In this document: positions 1-9,113 of the stretch, piece by piece
Numbering within the stretch: the first letter of the stretch is position 1
Layout: every line of letters begins with the position of its first letter
Origin: Methylococcales bacterium
Lineage (GTDB): Bacteria; Pseudomonadota; Gammaproteobacteria; Methylococcales; JAZGGE01
Reading direction: 5' to 3'
DNA length: 47,252 nt
NCBI GenBank assembly: GCA_036480195.1
Contig: JAZGGE010000302.1
Coordinates: forward strand, 1-47,252
The notes under the pieces: model-generated
Seen by the model: the letters and a program-made list of their open reading frames with translations, nothing else
What the model was told of the DNA's origin: nothing
The model's database searches: none
Position numbers and translations under genes: made by a program

Positions 1-2
1 CG

Positions 3-1763
3 TTGGGGTTGTTTTTTAGGACTATCCGCGAGATTAACCGAACATTGTCAGAAGTTACTGCCCATCTCTCTAAGATTTCCGAAGGTCATTTCCAAAATGA
101 TATGGATCTCGGTGGGGAAGATGAAATGAGCGATTTACGCCGGGGACTGCAAAAGGTGCAAGTACAAATGAATGCCGAACTCGCCAGCTCCCGTCAGGTT
201 GCCGCTGATTCCATGCGCATTAAACAGGCGCTGGATACAGTCAACTCTGGCGTGATGGTCGCCGATCCGGACTACAACATCATCTACATGAACGACTCGG
301 TTTTAGATTTGTTCAAAGAGGCTCAAGATGATATCCGCAAAGACTTGCCTGACTTCAATATCGATACCCTGTTAGGCGCAAATATCGATGTGTTCCATAA
401 GAATCCAGCACACCAGCGGGGGATGCTTGATAAGTTAACAGGAACTTTCAAGGCCAGTTTGAACCTCGGTGGTCACACTCTTGATTTTTCCGCCAATCCC
501 GTGGCTAATGAAACAGGAGAGCGTATAGGCACCGTCGTGGAGTGGTTGGATCGAACCAATGAGGTGAAAATCGAAAAGGAGATTGCCATGATTGTCGAAG
601 GCGTCAAATCCGGCAGTTTGGGGGATAGAGTTTCGCTTGAGGATAAAGAGGGTTTCTTTCGGACCTTAAGCGTTGGTATAAACGATCTTGCTGAAACCGT
701 TGACACCGTATTTTCCGATATTAACCGAGTGATTGGCGGTATGGCCGGAGGTGATCTGACCCAATCGGTGGAGAAAGGGTATCAAGGAAGCTACGGCGAA
801 GCAAAAAGCGCTATCAATGCGACACAGGAGAAAATCGGTAGTGTTTTTGGCCAAATTAGAGATGCCGCGGATTTTATAAACAATTCCTCAGAAGAGATTG
901 CATCGGGTAACAATAATCTATCTCAGCGCGCCGAAGAGCAGGCATCCAGTTTGGAACAAACCGCTGCTAGTATGGAAGAGCTTACCAGTACCGTGAAGAA
1001 CAACGCCGATAACGCCCAGCAGGCCGATAAGATTGCCACATCAGCGGGCCAGATGGCGGAGAAAGGCGGTCAGGTGGTGAGCCAGGCGATTCAGGCAATG
1101 GAAGAGATTAGTGTGAGCAGCACTAAAATTGCTGAAATAATCAGCGTTATTGATGAAATCGCATTCCAGACCAATTTGCTGGCGTTGAATGCCTCGGTGG
1201 AAGCTGCCCGGGCTGGGGAACAAGGCCGAGGCTTTTCAGTCGTTGCTTCGGAAGTGAGGAATCTAGCTCAACGCTGTGCAGTGGCTGCCAAGGAGAGTAA
1301 AGAGTTGATTCAGACCAGTGTGGACAAAGTACGCTCAGGATCCGAATTGGTGAATGAGTCAGGTAAGACCCTACAGGATATTGTCCAAAGCGTGAAGAAG
1401 GTCGGCGACATCGTTGCCGAAATTGCAGCTGCCAGTGCCGAGCAATCATCCGGCATTGAACAAGTCAATCAGGCGGTATCGCAGATGGATGAAATTACTC
1501 AGCAAAATGCAGCATTGGCTGAGCAGGCATCAGCTGCCAGCGTGTCCATGAGTGACCAATCAAAAAGTATGGTGCAACTGATGGCCTTTTTCAAAGTGGC
1601 TGGTAGCCATTCTGCACCTGAGCCTGCTGTGAGTGTGGCAAGCAGTCCAGCAGTGAAGACAGTCGCTGCTGCACCTCGAACACAACAACCGGTACCCCCG
1701 CCAGCGCCAAGAGCTGAATTTTCGGCAGGGGATGTTGATAACGATGAGTGGGAAGATTTCTAA
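3..1763 (+). CDS. Aer2-like soluble methyl-accepting chemotaxis protein (heme-PAS), 5'-truncated by window edge
   Basis: The frame is open from the window edge, and roughly 100 aa of the N-terminus are missing relative to the Aer2 architecture. Domain order is HAMP - PAS - HAMP/HAMP - MCP signalling hairpin ([38 protein letters not shown]). The PAS domain has ANIDVFHKNPAHQR (His codon 396-398) and a Trp exactly 49 residues downstream (VVEW). That is the same spacing as heme-ligand His234 and Trp283 of P. aeruginosa Aer2. The C-terminus ...NDEWEDF fits the xWxxF CheR/CheB-tethering pentapeptide. Confidence 0.9.
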   Translation: MGLFFRTIREINRTLSEVTAHLSKISEGHFQNDMDLGGEDEMSDLRRGLQKVQVQMNAELASSRQVAADSMRIKQALDTVNSGVMVADPDYNIIYMNDSVLDLFKEAQDDIRKDLPDFNIDTLLGANIDVFHKNPAHQRGMLDKLTGTFKASLNLGGHTLDFSANPVANETGERIGTVVEWLDRTNEVKIEKEIAMIVEGVKSGSLGDRVSLEDKEGFFRTLSVGINDLAETVDTVFSDINRVIGGMAGGDLTQSVEKGYQGSYGEAKSAINATQEKIGSVFGQIRDAADFINNSSEEIASGNNNLSQRAEEQASSLEQTAASMEELTSTVKNNADNAQQADKIATSAGQMAEKGGQVVSQAIQAMEEISVSSTKIAEIISVIDEIAFQTNLLALNASVEAARAGEQGRGFSVVASEVRNLAQRCAVAAKESKELIQTSVDKVRSGSELVNESGKTLQDIVQSVKKVGDIVAEIAAASAEQSSGIEQVNQAVSQMDEITQQNAALAEQASAASVSMSDQSKSMVQLMAFFKVAGSHSAPEPAVSVASSPAVKTVAAAPRTQQPVPPPAPRAEFSAGDVDNDEWEDF

Positions 1764-2277
1764 AGTGACACAAGCAATGCAAGCGTCTGCGGAAACCGAC
1801 GTAACCGCTGGAACAAACAACCAATACATGACCTTCGAACTGGCCGGTGAAGCGTATGGCATCGACATTCTGAAAGTTAGGGAAATCAAAGGCTGGGAAC
1901 CGGTTCGGGAAATTCCCAATACGCCGCCATTTATTCGAGGCGTTCTGGATTTACGAGGTACGCTAGTTCCCATCGTCGACTTGCGTGAACGGTTTGGTAT
2001 GGAGACTGTTGAATATACGCCGGTAACGGTGGTGATCGTACTTTCGGTGCTGGGTGATGGCGATGGGGATGAACGGGTTATGGGAATTGTCGCCGATGGT
2101 GTTTCAGATGTCCTGGATGTCAAACCGGAAACAATAAAAAAAGCGCCTGATCTGGGCGCGGGTATTGATACTCGATATATGAAGGGCATGGTGATGGGTA
2201 AGCAGATGATCATGTTGCTGGATGCGGATAAATTATTGAATCCGGAAGAATTTACGGTGCTGGACGATATTAGTTGA
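1744..2277 (+). CDS. cheW: CheW coupling protein
   Basis: CheW-like domain (YMTFELAGEAYGIDILKVREI...NTPPFIRGVLDLRGTLVPIVDLRERFG). The start is uncertain: ATG 1744 overlaps the MCP stop by 20 nt, and the alternatives are GTG 1765 and ATG 1777. The track start 1732 is less likely. Confidence 0.9.
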   Translation: MSGKISKVTQAMQASAETDVTAGTNNQYMTFELAGEAYGIDILKVREIKGWEPVREIPNTPPFIRGVLDLRGTLVPIVDLRERFGMETVEYTPVTVVIVLSVLGDGDGDERVMGIVADGVSDVLDVKPETIKKAPDLGAGIDTRYMKGMVMGKQMIMLLDADKLLNPEEFTVLDDIS

Positions 2278-2356
2278 GTGGAAACAATTGCAGAAATTAG
2301 CTGGATCGGCGGAGTAGGTAAAACTACTGTGCTGCAATACGGGTAAGGATTAGGTA

Positions 2357-2809
2357 ATGGCAGAAAAAGACAAAACAGAGAAAGTGAATGATCAGGATCC
2401 GCCGATGGCAAAAGATGAATCGGAACCGACCCAGCAACAGTTAGATGCCGAATCGCCGGTAGATGAAAGCACCGGAATTTCGGACGAAATAGCTGCGGTT
2501 GAGGGAGTGCTTATGGAATCCGCACTGGTACCCGAGAGACTGGAAAAAGTCATCTTACAGAAAACCAATAATATGCAAGGTGTGGCTGACCTCACTAAAA
2601 AGATTATTCATCTTATGGATAATAACGATGCGATTGAACTTGATGGATCTCAAGTAGATAGTATTGATACATCAACACTTCAGGTCTTGGTGGCGGCGGC
2701 ACGGGAGGCGAATCAACTGCATAAGGACTTCACCATAAACACGCCGTCTCAGAATTTTATTGATGCCGCTCGATTAGTGGGTGTTGCGGAAGATTTACTT
2801 ATTCAATGA
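2357..2809 (+). CDS. STAS-domain protein embedded in the che operon (acidic N-terminal region)
   Basis: The C-terminal ~90 aa look like a STAS/anti-sigma-antagonist fold (DAIELDGSQVDSIDTSTLQVLVAAAREANQLHKDFTINTPSQNFIDAARLVGV). The N-terminal ~60 aa are acidic and low complexity. The gene sits between cheW and cheR on the same strand. Confidence 0.65.
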   Translation: MAEKDKTEKVNDQDPPMAKDESEPTQQQLDAESPVDESTGISDEIAAVEGVLMESALVPERLEKVILQKTNNMQGVADLTKKIIHLMDNNDAIELDGSQVDSIDTSTLQVLVAAAREANQLHKDFTINTPSQNFIDAARLVGVAEDLLIQ

Positions 2810-2834
2810 TCGTTTACATACCTAGAGGGTCTTC

Positions 2835-3701
2835 ATGGCTAACGCGGTGAGAAATACGGAGCAAAGAACTGCGGTTCAGAAATCGCGGGAATTTGAATTT
2901 ACCTGGGAAGATTTCGATGTACTGCGAAAGCTGTCAAATGAGTATTCTGGGATTATTGTCTCAGATGACAAGTTCGACATGTTCTATTCCCGTTTGTCCA
3001 AGCGGTTGAGGACATTGGGTTTGAGCAACTTTCGTGAGTACGGCGCATTGTTGCAGACGAATCCAGATTCTGAATTTACTGAGTTTATCAATGCAATCAC
3101 CACCAACCTGACTGCCTTTTTCAGAGAAAACCACCATTTTGAATTTTTAAAGGAAACACTTTTACCTGAAATTCTACGTAGAAATGCAGCCAGCAGACAG
3201 GTACGAGTTTGGTCTGCGGGATGCTCAACGGGTGAGGAACCTTACTCCATTGCAATGACGCTTCTGGAGAATTTGCCCGAGGACTGGAACGCAAAGATTC
3301 TGGCGACCGATTTGGACACTCAGGTGTTGGCGACAGCCAGTCAGGGCGTCTATAACGAAGATCGGGTGTCCGGTCTTTCAGAAGAGAGACTAAACCGCTG
3401 GTTTATGAAGGGAAAGGGAGCCAACCAAAGTAAAGTAAGAGTAAAACCGGCACTTCAGAAACTCATTAGTTTCAACCAATTAAATCTAATGGGAGAGTGG
3501 CCCATGGTGGGACCGTTTGATCTTATTTTTTGCCGGAACGTCATCATCTATTTCGACCGGGAAACCAAAACGGAACTGGTCAATCGTTATGCCGACATCT
3601 TGGTGGATGGATCGTGTCTGTTTATTGGTCATTCGGAGTCGCTTAATCAGTTGACCGATCGGGTCAAGCTGGTGGGGAAAACCATTTATCGTAAAAACTG
3701 A
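2835..3701 (+). CDS. cheR: Chemotaxis protein methyltransferase CheR
   Basis: Carries the CheR N-terminal helical domain and a SAM-dependent methyltransferase domain (VRVWSAGCSTGEEPYSIAM, DLIFCRNVIIYFD). An AGAGGG RBS lies upstream. Confidence 0.95.
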   Translation: MANAVRNTEQRTAVQKSREFEFTWEDFDVLRKLSNEYSGIIVSDDKFDMFYSRLSKRLRTLGLSNFREYGALLQTNPDSEFTEFINAITTNLTAFFRENHHFEFLKETLLPEILRRNAASRQVRVWSAGCSTGEEPYSIAMTLLENLPEDWNAKILATDLDTQVLATASQGVYNEDRVSGLSEERLNRWFMKGKGANQSKVRVKPALQKLISFNQLNLMGEWPMVGPFDLIFCRNVIIYFDRETKTELVNRYADILVDGSCLFIGHSESLNQLTDRVKLVGKTIYRKN

Positions 3702-3710
3702 GGTATCGAT

Positions 3711-4346
3711 TTGACTAATAAAAGTCTATTGCCCCCGGCTCCCGCAGGCTTTGAACAGATTAAACGGCGTTGGGATAACAAAGAAGACTGTGTTACCGCG
3801 CAGATTTTACCGGGCGAATTTTATGTGACCCATGAAAACGAAAGAATCCTGACCGTGCTAGGGTCGTGTGTATCGGCTTGTATCAGAGACAAGGTTTTTG
3901 GTATTGGCGGCATGAATCACTTTATGCTTCCGCAAACATCCGAAGAAAGGCTCAAGGAAGGTAATGAAGCCGTAGTGGGTAATGCGACACGCTATGGTAA
4001 CTACGCTATGGAGCATCTAATCAATACGATCCTTGAGCGGGGAGGCAAGCGGAAAAATCTGGAAGCCAAGGTTTTTGGGGGCGGTAAGATAATTGCCTCG
4101 ATGACCAATATAGGATTGAAAAACATCGATTTCGTTTTGGACTATATTGATACGGAAGGCATTGATTTATTAGCCCAGGATCTGGGTGATATTTACCCCA
4201 GAAAAGTAGTGTACTACCCGACCACGGGGCGTGTTCGAGTAAAGAAGTTGCAAGATCTGCATGATAAGAAAATAGTCAGTAGAGAAATAGACTACGGCAA
4301 GACTATTAAGGATGCGCCTGTTGAAGGCGAGATTGATCTCTTTTGA
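3711..4346 (+). CDS. cheD: Chemoreceptor glutamine deamidase CheD
   Basis: CheD family motifs are present ([11 protein letters not shown] with the catalytic Cys, [16 protein letters not shown]). It has a TTG start with GAGG upstream. It ends ...EGEIDLF. Confidence 0.9.
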   Translation: MTNKSLLPPAPAGFEQIKRRWDNKEDCVTAQILPGEFYVTHENERILTVLGSCVSACIRDKVFGIGGMNHFMLPQTSEERLKEGNEAVVGNATRYGNYAMEHLINTILERGGKRKNLEAKVFGGGKIIASMTNIGLKNIDFVLDYIDTEGIDLLAQDLGDIYPRKVVYYPTTGRVRVKKLQDLHDKKIVSREIDYGKTIKDAPVEGEIDLF

Positions 4347-4365
4347 TTTTTGGACTGATTGGATA

Positions 4366-5445
4366 ATGTCAAAAATACGTTTATTGATTATCGATGACTC
4401 TGCTTTAATTAGAAAAGTGTTGACTGAAGTATTCAGTAAGTCAGCGGATATTGAAGTCGTTGGTACAGCAGCTGATCCCTATATAGCTCGGGATAAAATT
4501 AAAAAGCTGAACCCCGATGTGTTGACTCTCGACGTGGAAATGCCGCGCATGGATGGTTTGACGTTCCTGGGCAACTTGATGCGACTTCGGCCTATGCCCG
4601 TGGTCATGATTTCCACTTTAACGGAAAAAGGCGCGGATACGACGCTTCAGGCATTAGAGTTAGGCGCAATCGATTTTGTAGCCAAGCCAAAAATGGATGT
4701 TACCAGTTCCCTGGAAGCCTATGGTGAAGAAATTATTGGGAAGGTAAAGATGGCGGTGAAAGCCAAGCCGCGTGCTCTAAAGGTAGCATCTCCGAAACCG
4801 GCTGTAGTTGCCGGAACTGAAGAGAAGCTTTCAGCCGATGCTATTTTATCCAAAGGATCGGTAAAAAGACATTTTAAAACAACCGATAAGATAATTGCAC
4901 TAGGTGCGTCTACTGGAGGGACGGAAGCCATTAAGGATGTCGTGCGTGGGTTGCCGCTGGCAACACCGGGAATCGTGATTTCTCAACACCTACCCGCTCC
5001 ATTCAGCGACTCATTCGCCCGGCATGTCGATGCTGCCAGTGAAATGACTGCTTGTATCGCAGCTGATGGCCAGCAGGTTTTACCCGGAAATATTTATATT
5101 GCTCCTGGTGATAAACACTTGATGGTGGTTCGCGATGGTGCCCGCTATATTTGTCGATTAAACGATGGGCCACCAGTAAATCGTCATAAACCAGCGGTTG
5201 ATGTTATGTTCCGTTCAGTCGCTCAAAATGTTGGTTCCAATGCGATTGCCGTCATATTAACGGGAATGGGGGCGGATGGAGCCAAAGGCATGAAAGAAAT
5301 GAAAGACGCAGGTGCGCCAACCGTGGTGCAGGATGAAGATTCTTCCGTTGTCTGGGGAATGCCTGGTGAGGCGTATAAGTTGGGGTGCAATGACAATGTA
5401 GTTCCTCTCGATTTGGTGGCTCAAACTATTTTGCGACTGGCCTGA
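4366..5445 (+). CDS. cheB: Protein-glutamate methylesterase/deamidase CheB (REC + esterase)
   Basis: The receiver domain starts [12 protein letters not shown]... with [14 protein letters not shown]. The C-terminal CheB methylesterase has ALGASTGG and GMGADG. I prefer ATG 4366 over the track start 4312, which overlaps the cheD end and adds non-homologous residues. Confidence 0.93.
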   Translation: MSKIRLLIIDDSALIRKVLTEVFSKSADIEVVGTAADPYIARDKIKKLNPDVLTLDVEMPRMDGLTFLGNLMRLRPMPVVMISTLTEKGADTTLQALELGAIDFVAKPKMDVTSSLEAYGEEIIGKVKMAVKAKPRALKVASPKPAVVAGTEEKLSADAILSKGSVKRHFKTTDKIIALGASTGGTEAIKDVVRGLPLATPGIVISQHLPAPFSDSFARHVDAASEMTACIAADGQQVLPGNIYIAPGDKHLMVVRDGARYICRLNDGPPVNRHKPAVDVMFRSVAQNVGSNAIAVILTGMGADGAKGMKEMKDAGAPTVVQDEDSSVVWGMPGEAYKLGCNDNVVPLDLVAQTILRLA

Positions 5446-5456
5446 TAAATAGAGTA

Positions 5457-6647
5457 ATGAAGTCAATTCTAATAGAACATATTGGAGCCATTGTTGCGAC
5501 TGCAGTAGTGGCTAGTCTAGTGGCTGTTGTCGAAGGAACGATTTGGCATATTGGTTTTGTACTGCTGTTGGCAATGGCCTGGATGACGAGTGCTTTGCGT
5601 GCGACTAACAGATTATCGGCATTCTTAAAACAGAATGAAAAACCTTCGGGTTCGACAGAAACCATCAGGCTTTTTATGGAAGAGGCTGAGCGGTGCAGCA
5701 CAGATCATATTCAGCAGATCAATAATGAGCTCGAGCAATTGAAGGCAGTCGTTGCCGATGGTGTTGGCACCATGAGTTCCAGCTTCAGTGGGTTAAATGC
5801 GTTGACATCGCAGCAAATGGAAATAGTGGCGTCCATGGTCACCCAGATTGCCGATACTGCCGACACCGATTCAGAGAGTACCAATTTTCAGGAATTTGCC
5901 GAGGAGACGGATCGGGTACTGAGGGAGTTTATCAGTCTTATTCTGATGACCAGCAAGCAAAGTATGGAAATGGTGAATCTTATCTATGATGTGGGTGAGT
6001 TTATGGACAAGATTGAGGTACTTTTAAAAGATGTTAAACAGATTGCGGATCAAACCAATCTGTTGGCGTTGAATGCGGCGATTGAGGCGGCACGTGCAGG
6101 GGAAGCAGGCCGAGGGTTTGGGGTCGTTGCCGATGAGGTTCGAAAACTTTCCAATCATTCCAATCGTTTTAGTGACGAAATTAGGGAGGTGATCGATGAT
6201 TCGAAAGTGAAAATTGAAGAAGCCAAGACTGTAATTGAGTCTATGGCTTCTAAGGACATGAACGTGGCGATTCGATCTAAATCTCGTGTTGAAGATATGT
6301 TAGCGGATATTGGTAAATTAAATAGCTTTTTTTCCGAGCGGTTAAGTGTAGTCACAGGAGTTACCGATCAAATCAACGAAAATGTGGGAATGGCTGTGCG
6401 AGCTTTGCAGTTTGAAGACTTGGCTCGACAGCTAATCGAGTATCTGCAAAAAAACAATGGAGAGTTTCAGGAGGTTATGGGAGAAATTAGAGCTACGATG
6501 AATAGTGCAGGAATGGAAACCGAAAATGATGGCGTTTGGGAAGATGGACGCCAACGATTAACGACGCTTAGGGCCGAGTGGTCGGCTCGGGCTTTAAGCC
6601 CGGTTAGCCAGAAATCAATGGATGAAGGCGAAATCGAGTTGTTTTAG
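5457..6647 (+). CDS. Short methyl-accepting chemotaxis protein (two N-terminal TM helices, no obvious periplasmic sensor domain)
   Basis: The N-terminus has hydrophobic helices ([17 protein letters not shown]; [16 protein letters not shown]). The MCP hairpin tip is [34 protein letters not shown]. It ends ...DEGEIELF. Confidence 0.88.
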   Translation: MKSILIEHIGAIVATAVVASLVAVVEGTIWHIGFVLLLAMAWMTSALRATNRLSAFLKQNEKPSGSTETIRLFMEEAERCSTDHIQQINNELEQLKAVVADGVGTMSSSFSGLNALTSQQMEIVASMVTQIADTADTDSESTNFQEFAEETDRVLREFISLILMTSKQSMEMVNLIYDVGEFMDKIEVLLKDVKQIADQTNLLALNAAIEAARAGEAGRGFGVVADEVRKLSNHSNRFSDEIREVIDDSKVKIEEAKTVIESMASKDMNVAIRSKSRVEDMLADIGKLNSFFSERLSVVTGVTDQINENVGMAVRALQFEDLARQLIEYLQKNNGEFQEVMGEIRATMNSAGMETENDGVWEDGRQRLTTLRAEWSARALSPVSQKSMDEGEIELF

Positions 6648-6656
6648 TGATCAGAT

Positions 6657-6903
6657 TATACCTTTTGCGCTCAAGAATGCCTGTTTTGAGTCGGTAGATT
6701 TTTGTGAAGGGCTAATACTCCGTCAACATTATTATGATGGGTATAAGAAGCTGATAAATAGTCATCTGTGTTGTTGCACTCGCTTGAATTAGCCTCCTAG
6801 GCGTAGAACCGTAGGAAGAGTCATCTCTTTCAAGGGTCTACAACGACGCTCGTCGCGAAAAGATGCGTGCTGAAAAAGGATATTGTTGGGCGCGAGAGGT
6901 ATA
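6657..6903. repeat. MITE-like palindromic element, family A (inverted orientation, with an internal ~80-bp insert)
   Basis: The termini are TATACCTTTTGCGCTCAAGAATGCC... and ...GGGCGCGAGAGGTATA, which are imperfect terminal inverted repeats. The arms match 37423-37584 and 47042-47099. The internal segment 6718-6794 matches 44469-44549. No coding capacity. Confidence 0.75.
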
Positions 6904-6912
6904 TCTGCTGTG

Positions 6913-6966
6913 TAGGAGGGGCTTTAGCCGCGATCTAACTCGAGATCGCGGCTAAAGCCCCTCCTA
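6913..6966. repeat. REP-like perfect hairpin, copy 1 (24-bp stem)
   Basis: TAGGAGGGGCTTTAGCCGCGATCT (6913-6936), a 6-nt loop, then AGATCGCGGCTAAAGCCCCTCCTA (6943-6966). The same arms recur at 9999-10052. Both copies are followed by GAGTTAAACGT. Confidence 0.9.
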
Positions 6967-7035
6967 TAAGCAGGAGTTAAACGTGAAAGGTAATAAACAT
7001 CCGATGATTTTTTTTACTTAGTGAGAGGTTATGTA

Positions 7036-7341
7036 ATGGCAGTAAACAGTATTGTGAGCAGTGATGGCCGAGAGGTAACGATTAAGGTATCGGGGCGATT
7101 CGACTTTAGTCAACATCAAGCATTCCGGGCTGCGTGCAACAGCTTAAATACGGCAGTTCAGAAATTTGTCGTCGATTTGGGCGGAACCGAATATGTGGAT
7201 AGCTCCGCTCTGGGAATGCTTCTGGTACTCCGGGATAAGGTCGGGGAGAAGAAAGAAAATGTGAAAATCGTAAAGGCCAGGCCTGAAGTCAAGAAAATAT
7301 TGGAGATCGCCAATTTTGACAAGCTTTTTCTGGTTGCTTGA
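7036..7341 (+). CDS. STAS-domain anti-sigma-factor antagonist (CrsA/HsbA/RsbV-like)
   Basis: SpoIIAA/RsbV-like sequence (VVDLGGTEYVDSSALGMLLVLRDK...; the Ser in DSSALG is the candidate phospho-site). ATG 7036 has GAGAGG 7 nt upstream. The track start is GTG 7021. Confidence 0.85.
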   Translation: MAVNSIVSSDGREVTIKVSGRFDFSQHQAFRAACNSLNTAVQKFVVDLGGTEYVDSSALGMLLVLRDKVGEKKENVKIVKARPEVKKILEIANFDKLFLVA

Positions 7342-9113
7342 GTTTGTCGGTCACTAATATTAACAGCATGAGGGCAGTAGAAACCTCGGAGCAGGTGGAA
7401 TTGCCTTCTCTATTGTTGTCCGGGAAGGTGTTGTTGGCGGATGACAGCCTTGTACAGCGCGTGATGTTAACCCAAATCCTGGAAGGTCTGGGGCTTGATG
7501 TTGTGACGGCGAATGATGGCCAGGAAGCTGTGGAGCACTTCTTATCTGTCCAGCCTGACCTCATTATTATGGATATTGAGATGCCAAATATGGATGGCAT
7601 CGAAGCGGCGCAGATAATTGTTCAACAGATTGAAGGCTATATTCCGATAGTTTTTGTCACCGGTTCTGATTCTAAGGAAAATCTAAGACAGTGCGTTGAA
7701 CTGGGCTGCGATGATTTTATTGCAAGACCGTACAACCCAGACCTGTTAACAGCTAAAATCCGTTCCTTGTTGAGAACCAAATCGCTGTACGATGAGCAAG
7801 TAAAGCGAAAAACGGAAATAGAAGCGTTTCAGGAAGAAAGTGAGCGGGAAGCCCAGGTAGCAGCAAATCTTTATGACCGGATCATTCGGGAGAATTTTTT
7901 CGAAACACCTGCGCTTCGATATAGCTTATCTCCCGCCGCGATGTTTAATGGGGATTTGCTGATATCAGCAAAATCACCCTCAGGTCAGTTATATGTTATG
8001 TTGGGCGATTTCACTGGCCACGGAATGTCTGCCTCAATCGGCGCTGGGCCAACCGCAGAGATATTCTATGGAATGACCCGAAAGGGTTTTGATATCAGTG
8101 AAATTGTCTCGGAAATCAACCGAAAACTACAAAAAATCTTACCGGTTGATATCTTTTTGGCGGCCTGTTTCTTTAAGCTCGATCCAGTGACCAAAACTTT
8201 GGATGTTTGTACGGGTGGGTTGCCGGAGCACTATCTCATTAATTCCAGCAGTCGTTCCATAACGATAATTGCTTCCACAAATTTGCCGCTGGGGATTATT
8301 CGCTCAGAACAACTTACCCTGGATATTCAGCATTTTAATGTCGCGGTAGATGACGTTTTTTTGGTCTTTACCGATGGTCTTATAGAAGCGGAAAATCAAG
8401 AAGGGACTCAATTCGGTTTCGATCGAGTGGTGAGTCTATTAAAAAACCCAGATGTTTCAACCCACTTTCAGGAAGAATTATCTATTGCTGTTCGCGATTT
8501 CAGCGGAGGAAGAACACAGCAAGATGATATTACTATCGTAGAGTATCTTTGCGATATCGATTTAATTAATCAGGGAGAAGAGTCTGGGATAACACGACAC
8601 CCTGAATCAAAGCCATCACAATGGACGTATTCATTTGGATTCAATGCGGATACCTTAAAACAATTTGATCCGGTACCGCTAATTACCAATACGGTCATTG
8701 ACATTCAAGGTCTTCAAAACCATCGTGAGACAATTTTTACTATTGTCACAGAATTGTTTATTAATGCGTTGGATCATGGTGTATTAGGACTGGATTCAAA
8801 ACTCAAAAGCTCGACAGACGGTTTTTTCAAGTACTTCGAAGAACGACAGCAGCGTCTTGAGGCCTTGCAGTCGGGATTTGTAAAAGCGAGCTTCACCCAT
8901 GAAGCGACAGAAAATGGTGGTCGGTTGATTATCAGGATGCAAGATAGCGGGGTAGGTTTTGATTATAAGGGAAAAAACAAGAATGGAAATGAGAAAAACA
9001 TTTTTTCCGGGCGTGGTATTGCTCTATTAAGTGCTCTGTGCAGTTCTGTGGAATATTTGGGTGAAGGGAATCGGGTGAAAGTGGTTTATGAGTGGAAAAT
9101 GGCTTCCTCATGA
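7338..9113 (+). CDS. Three-domain response regulator: REC - PP2C/SpoIIE phosphatase - HATPase_c anti-sigma kinase (CrsR/HsbR-like)
   Basis: REC domain: VLLADDS...DLIIMDIEMPNMDG. PP2C domain: LGDFTGHGMSASIGAG, FTDGLIEAEN, QQDDITIVE. RsbW-like ATPase: ELFINALDHG, MQDSGVGFD, GRGIALL. TTG 7338 overlaps the STAS stop; ATG 7368 is an alternative start. Confidence 0.88.
   Translation: MSLSVTNINSMRAVETSEQVELPSLLLSGKVLLADDSLVQRVMLTQILEGLGLDVVTANDGQEAVEHFLSVQPDLIIMDIEMPNMDGIEAAQIIVQQIEGYIPIVFVTGSDSKENLRQCVELGCDDFIARPYNPDLLTAKIRSLLRTKSLYDEQVKRKTEIEAFQEESEREAQVAANLYDRIIRENFFETPALRYSLSPAAMFNGDLLISAKSPSGQLYVMLGDFTGHGMSASIGAGPTAEIFYGMTRKGFDISEIVSEINRKLQKILPVDIFLAACFFKLDPVTKTLDVCTGGLPEHYLINSSSRSITIIASTNLPLGIIRSEQLTLDIQHFNVAVDDVFLVFTDGLIEAENQEGTQFGFDRVVSLLKNPDVSTHFQEELSIAVRDFSGGRTQQDDITIVEYLCDIDLINQGEESGITRHPESKPSQWTYSFGFNADTLKQFDPVPLITNTVIDIQGLQNHRETIFTIVTELFINALDHGVLGLDSKLKSSTDGFFKYFEERQQRLEALQSGFVKASFTHEATENGGRLIIRMQDSGVGFDYKGKNKNGNEKNIFSGRGIALLSALCSSVEYLGEGNRVKVVYEWKMASS

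Noticed and set aside
1560-2411. 283-aa minus-strand ORF spanning the MCP end, cheW and the STAS start
   Set aside because: It lies antisense to three well-supported genes, has a low-complexity Ser/Pro/Thr-rich translation, and shows no recognisable domain or RBS.
4312-4365. Longer cheB start (ATG 4312)
   Set aside because: It overlaps the last 35 nt of cheD and adds 18 non-homologous residues before the canonical receiver start, [12 protein letters not shown].
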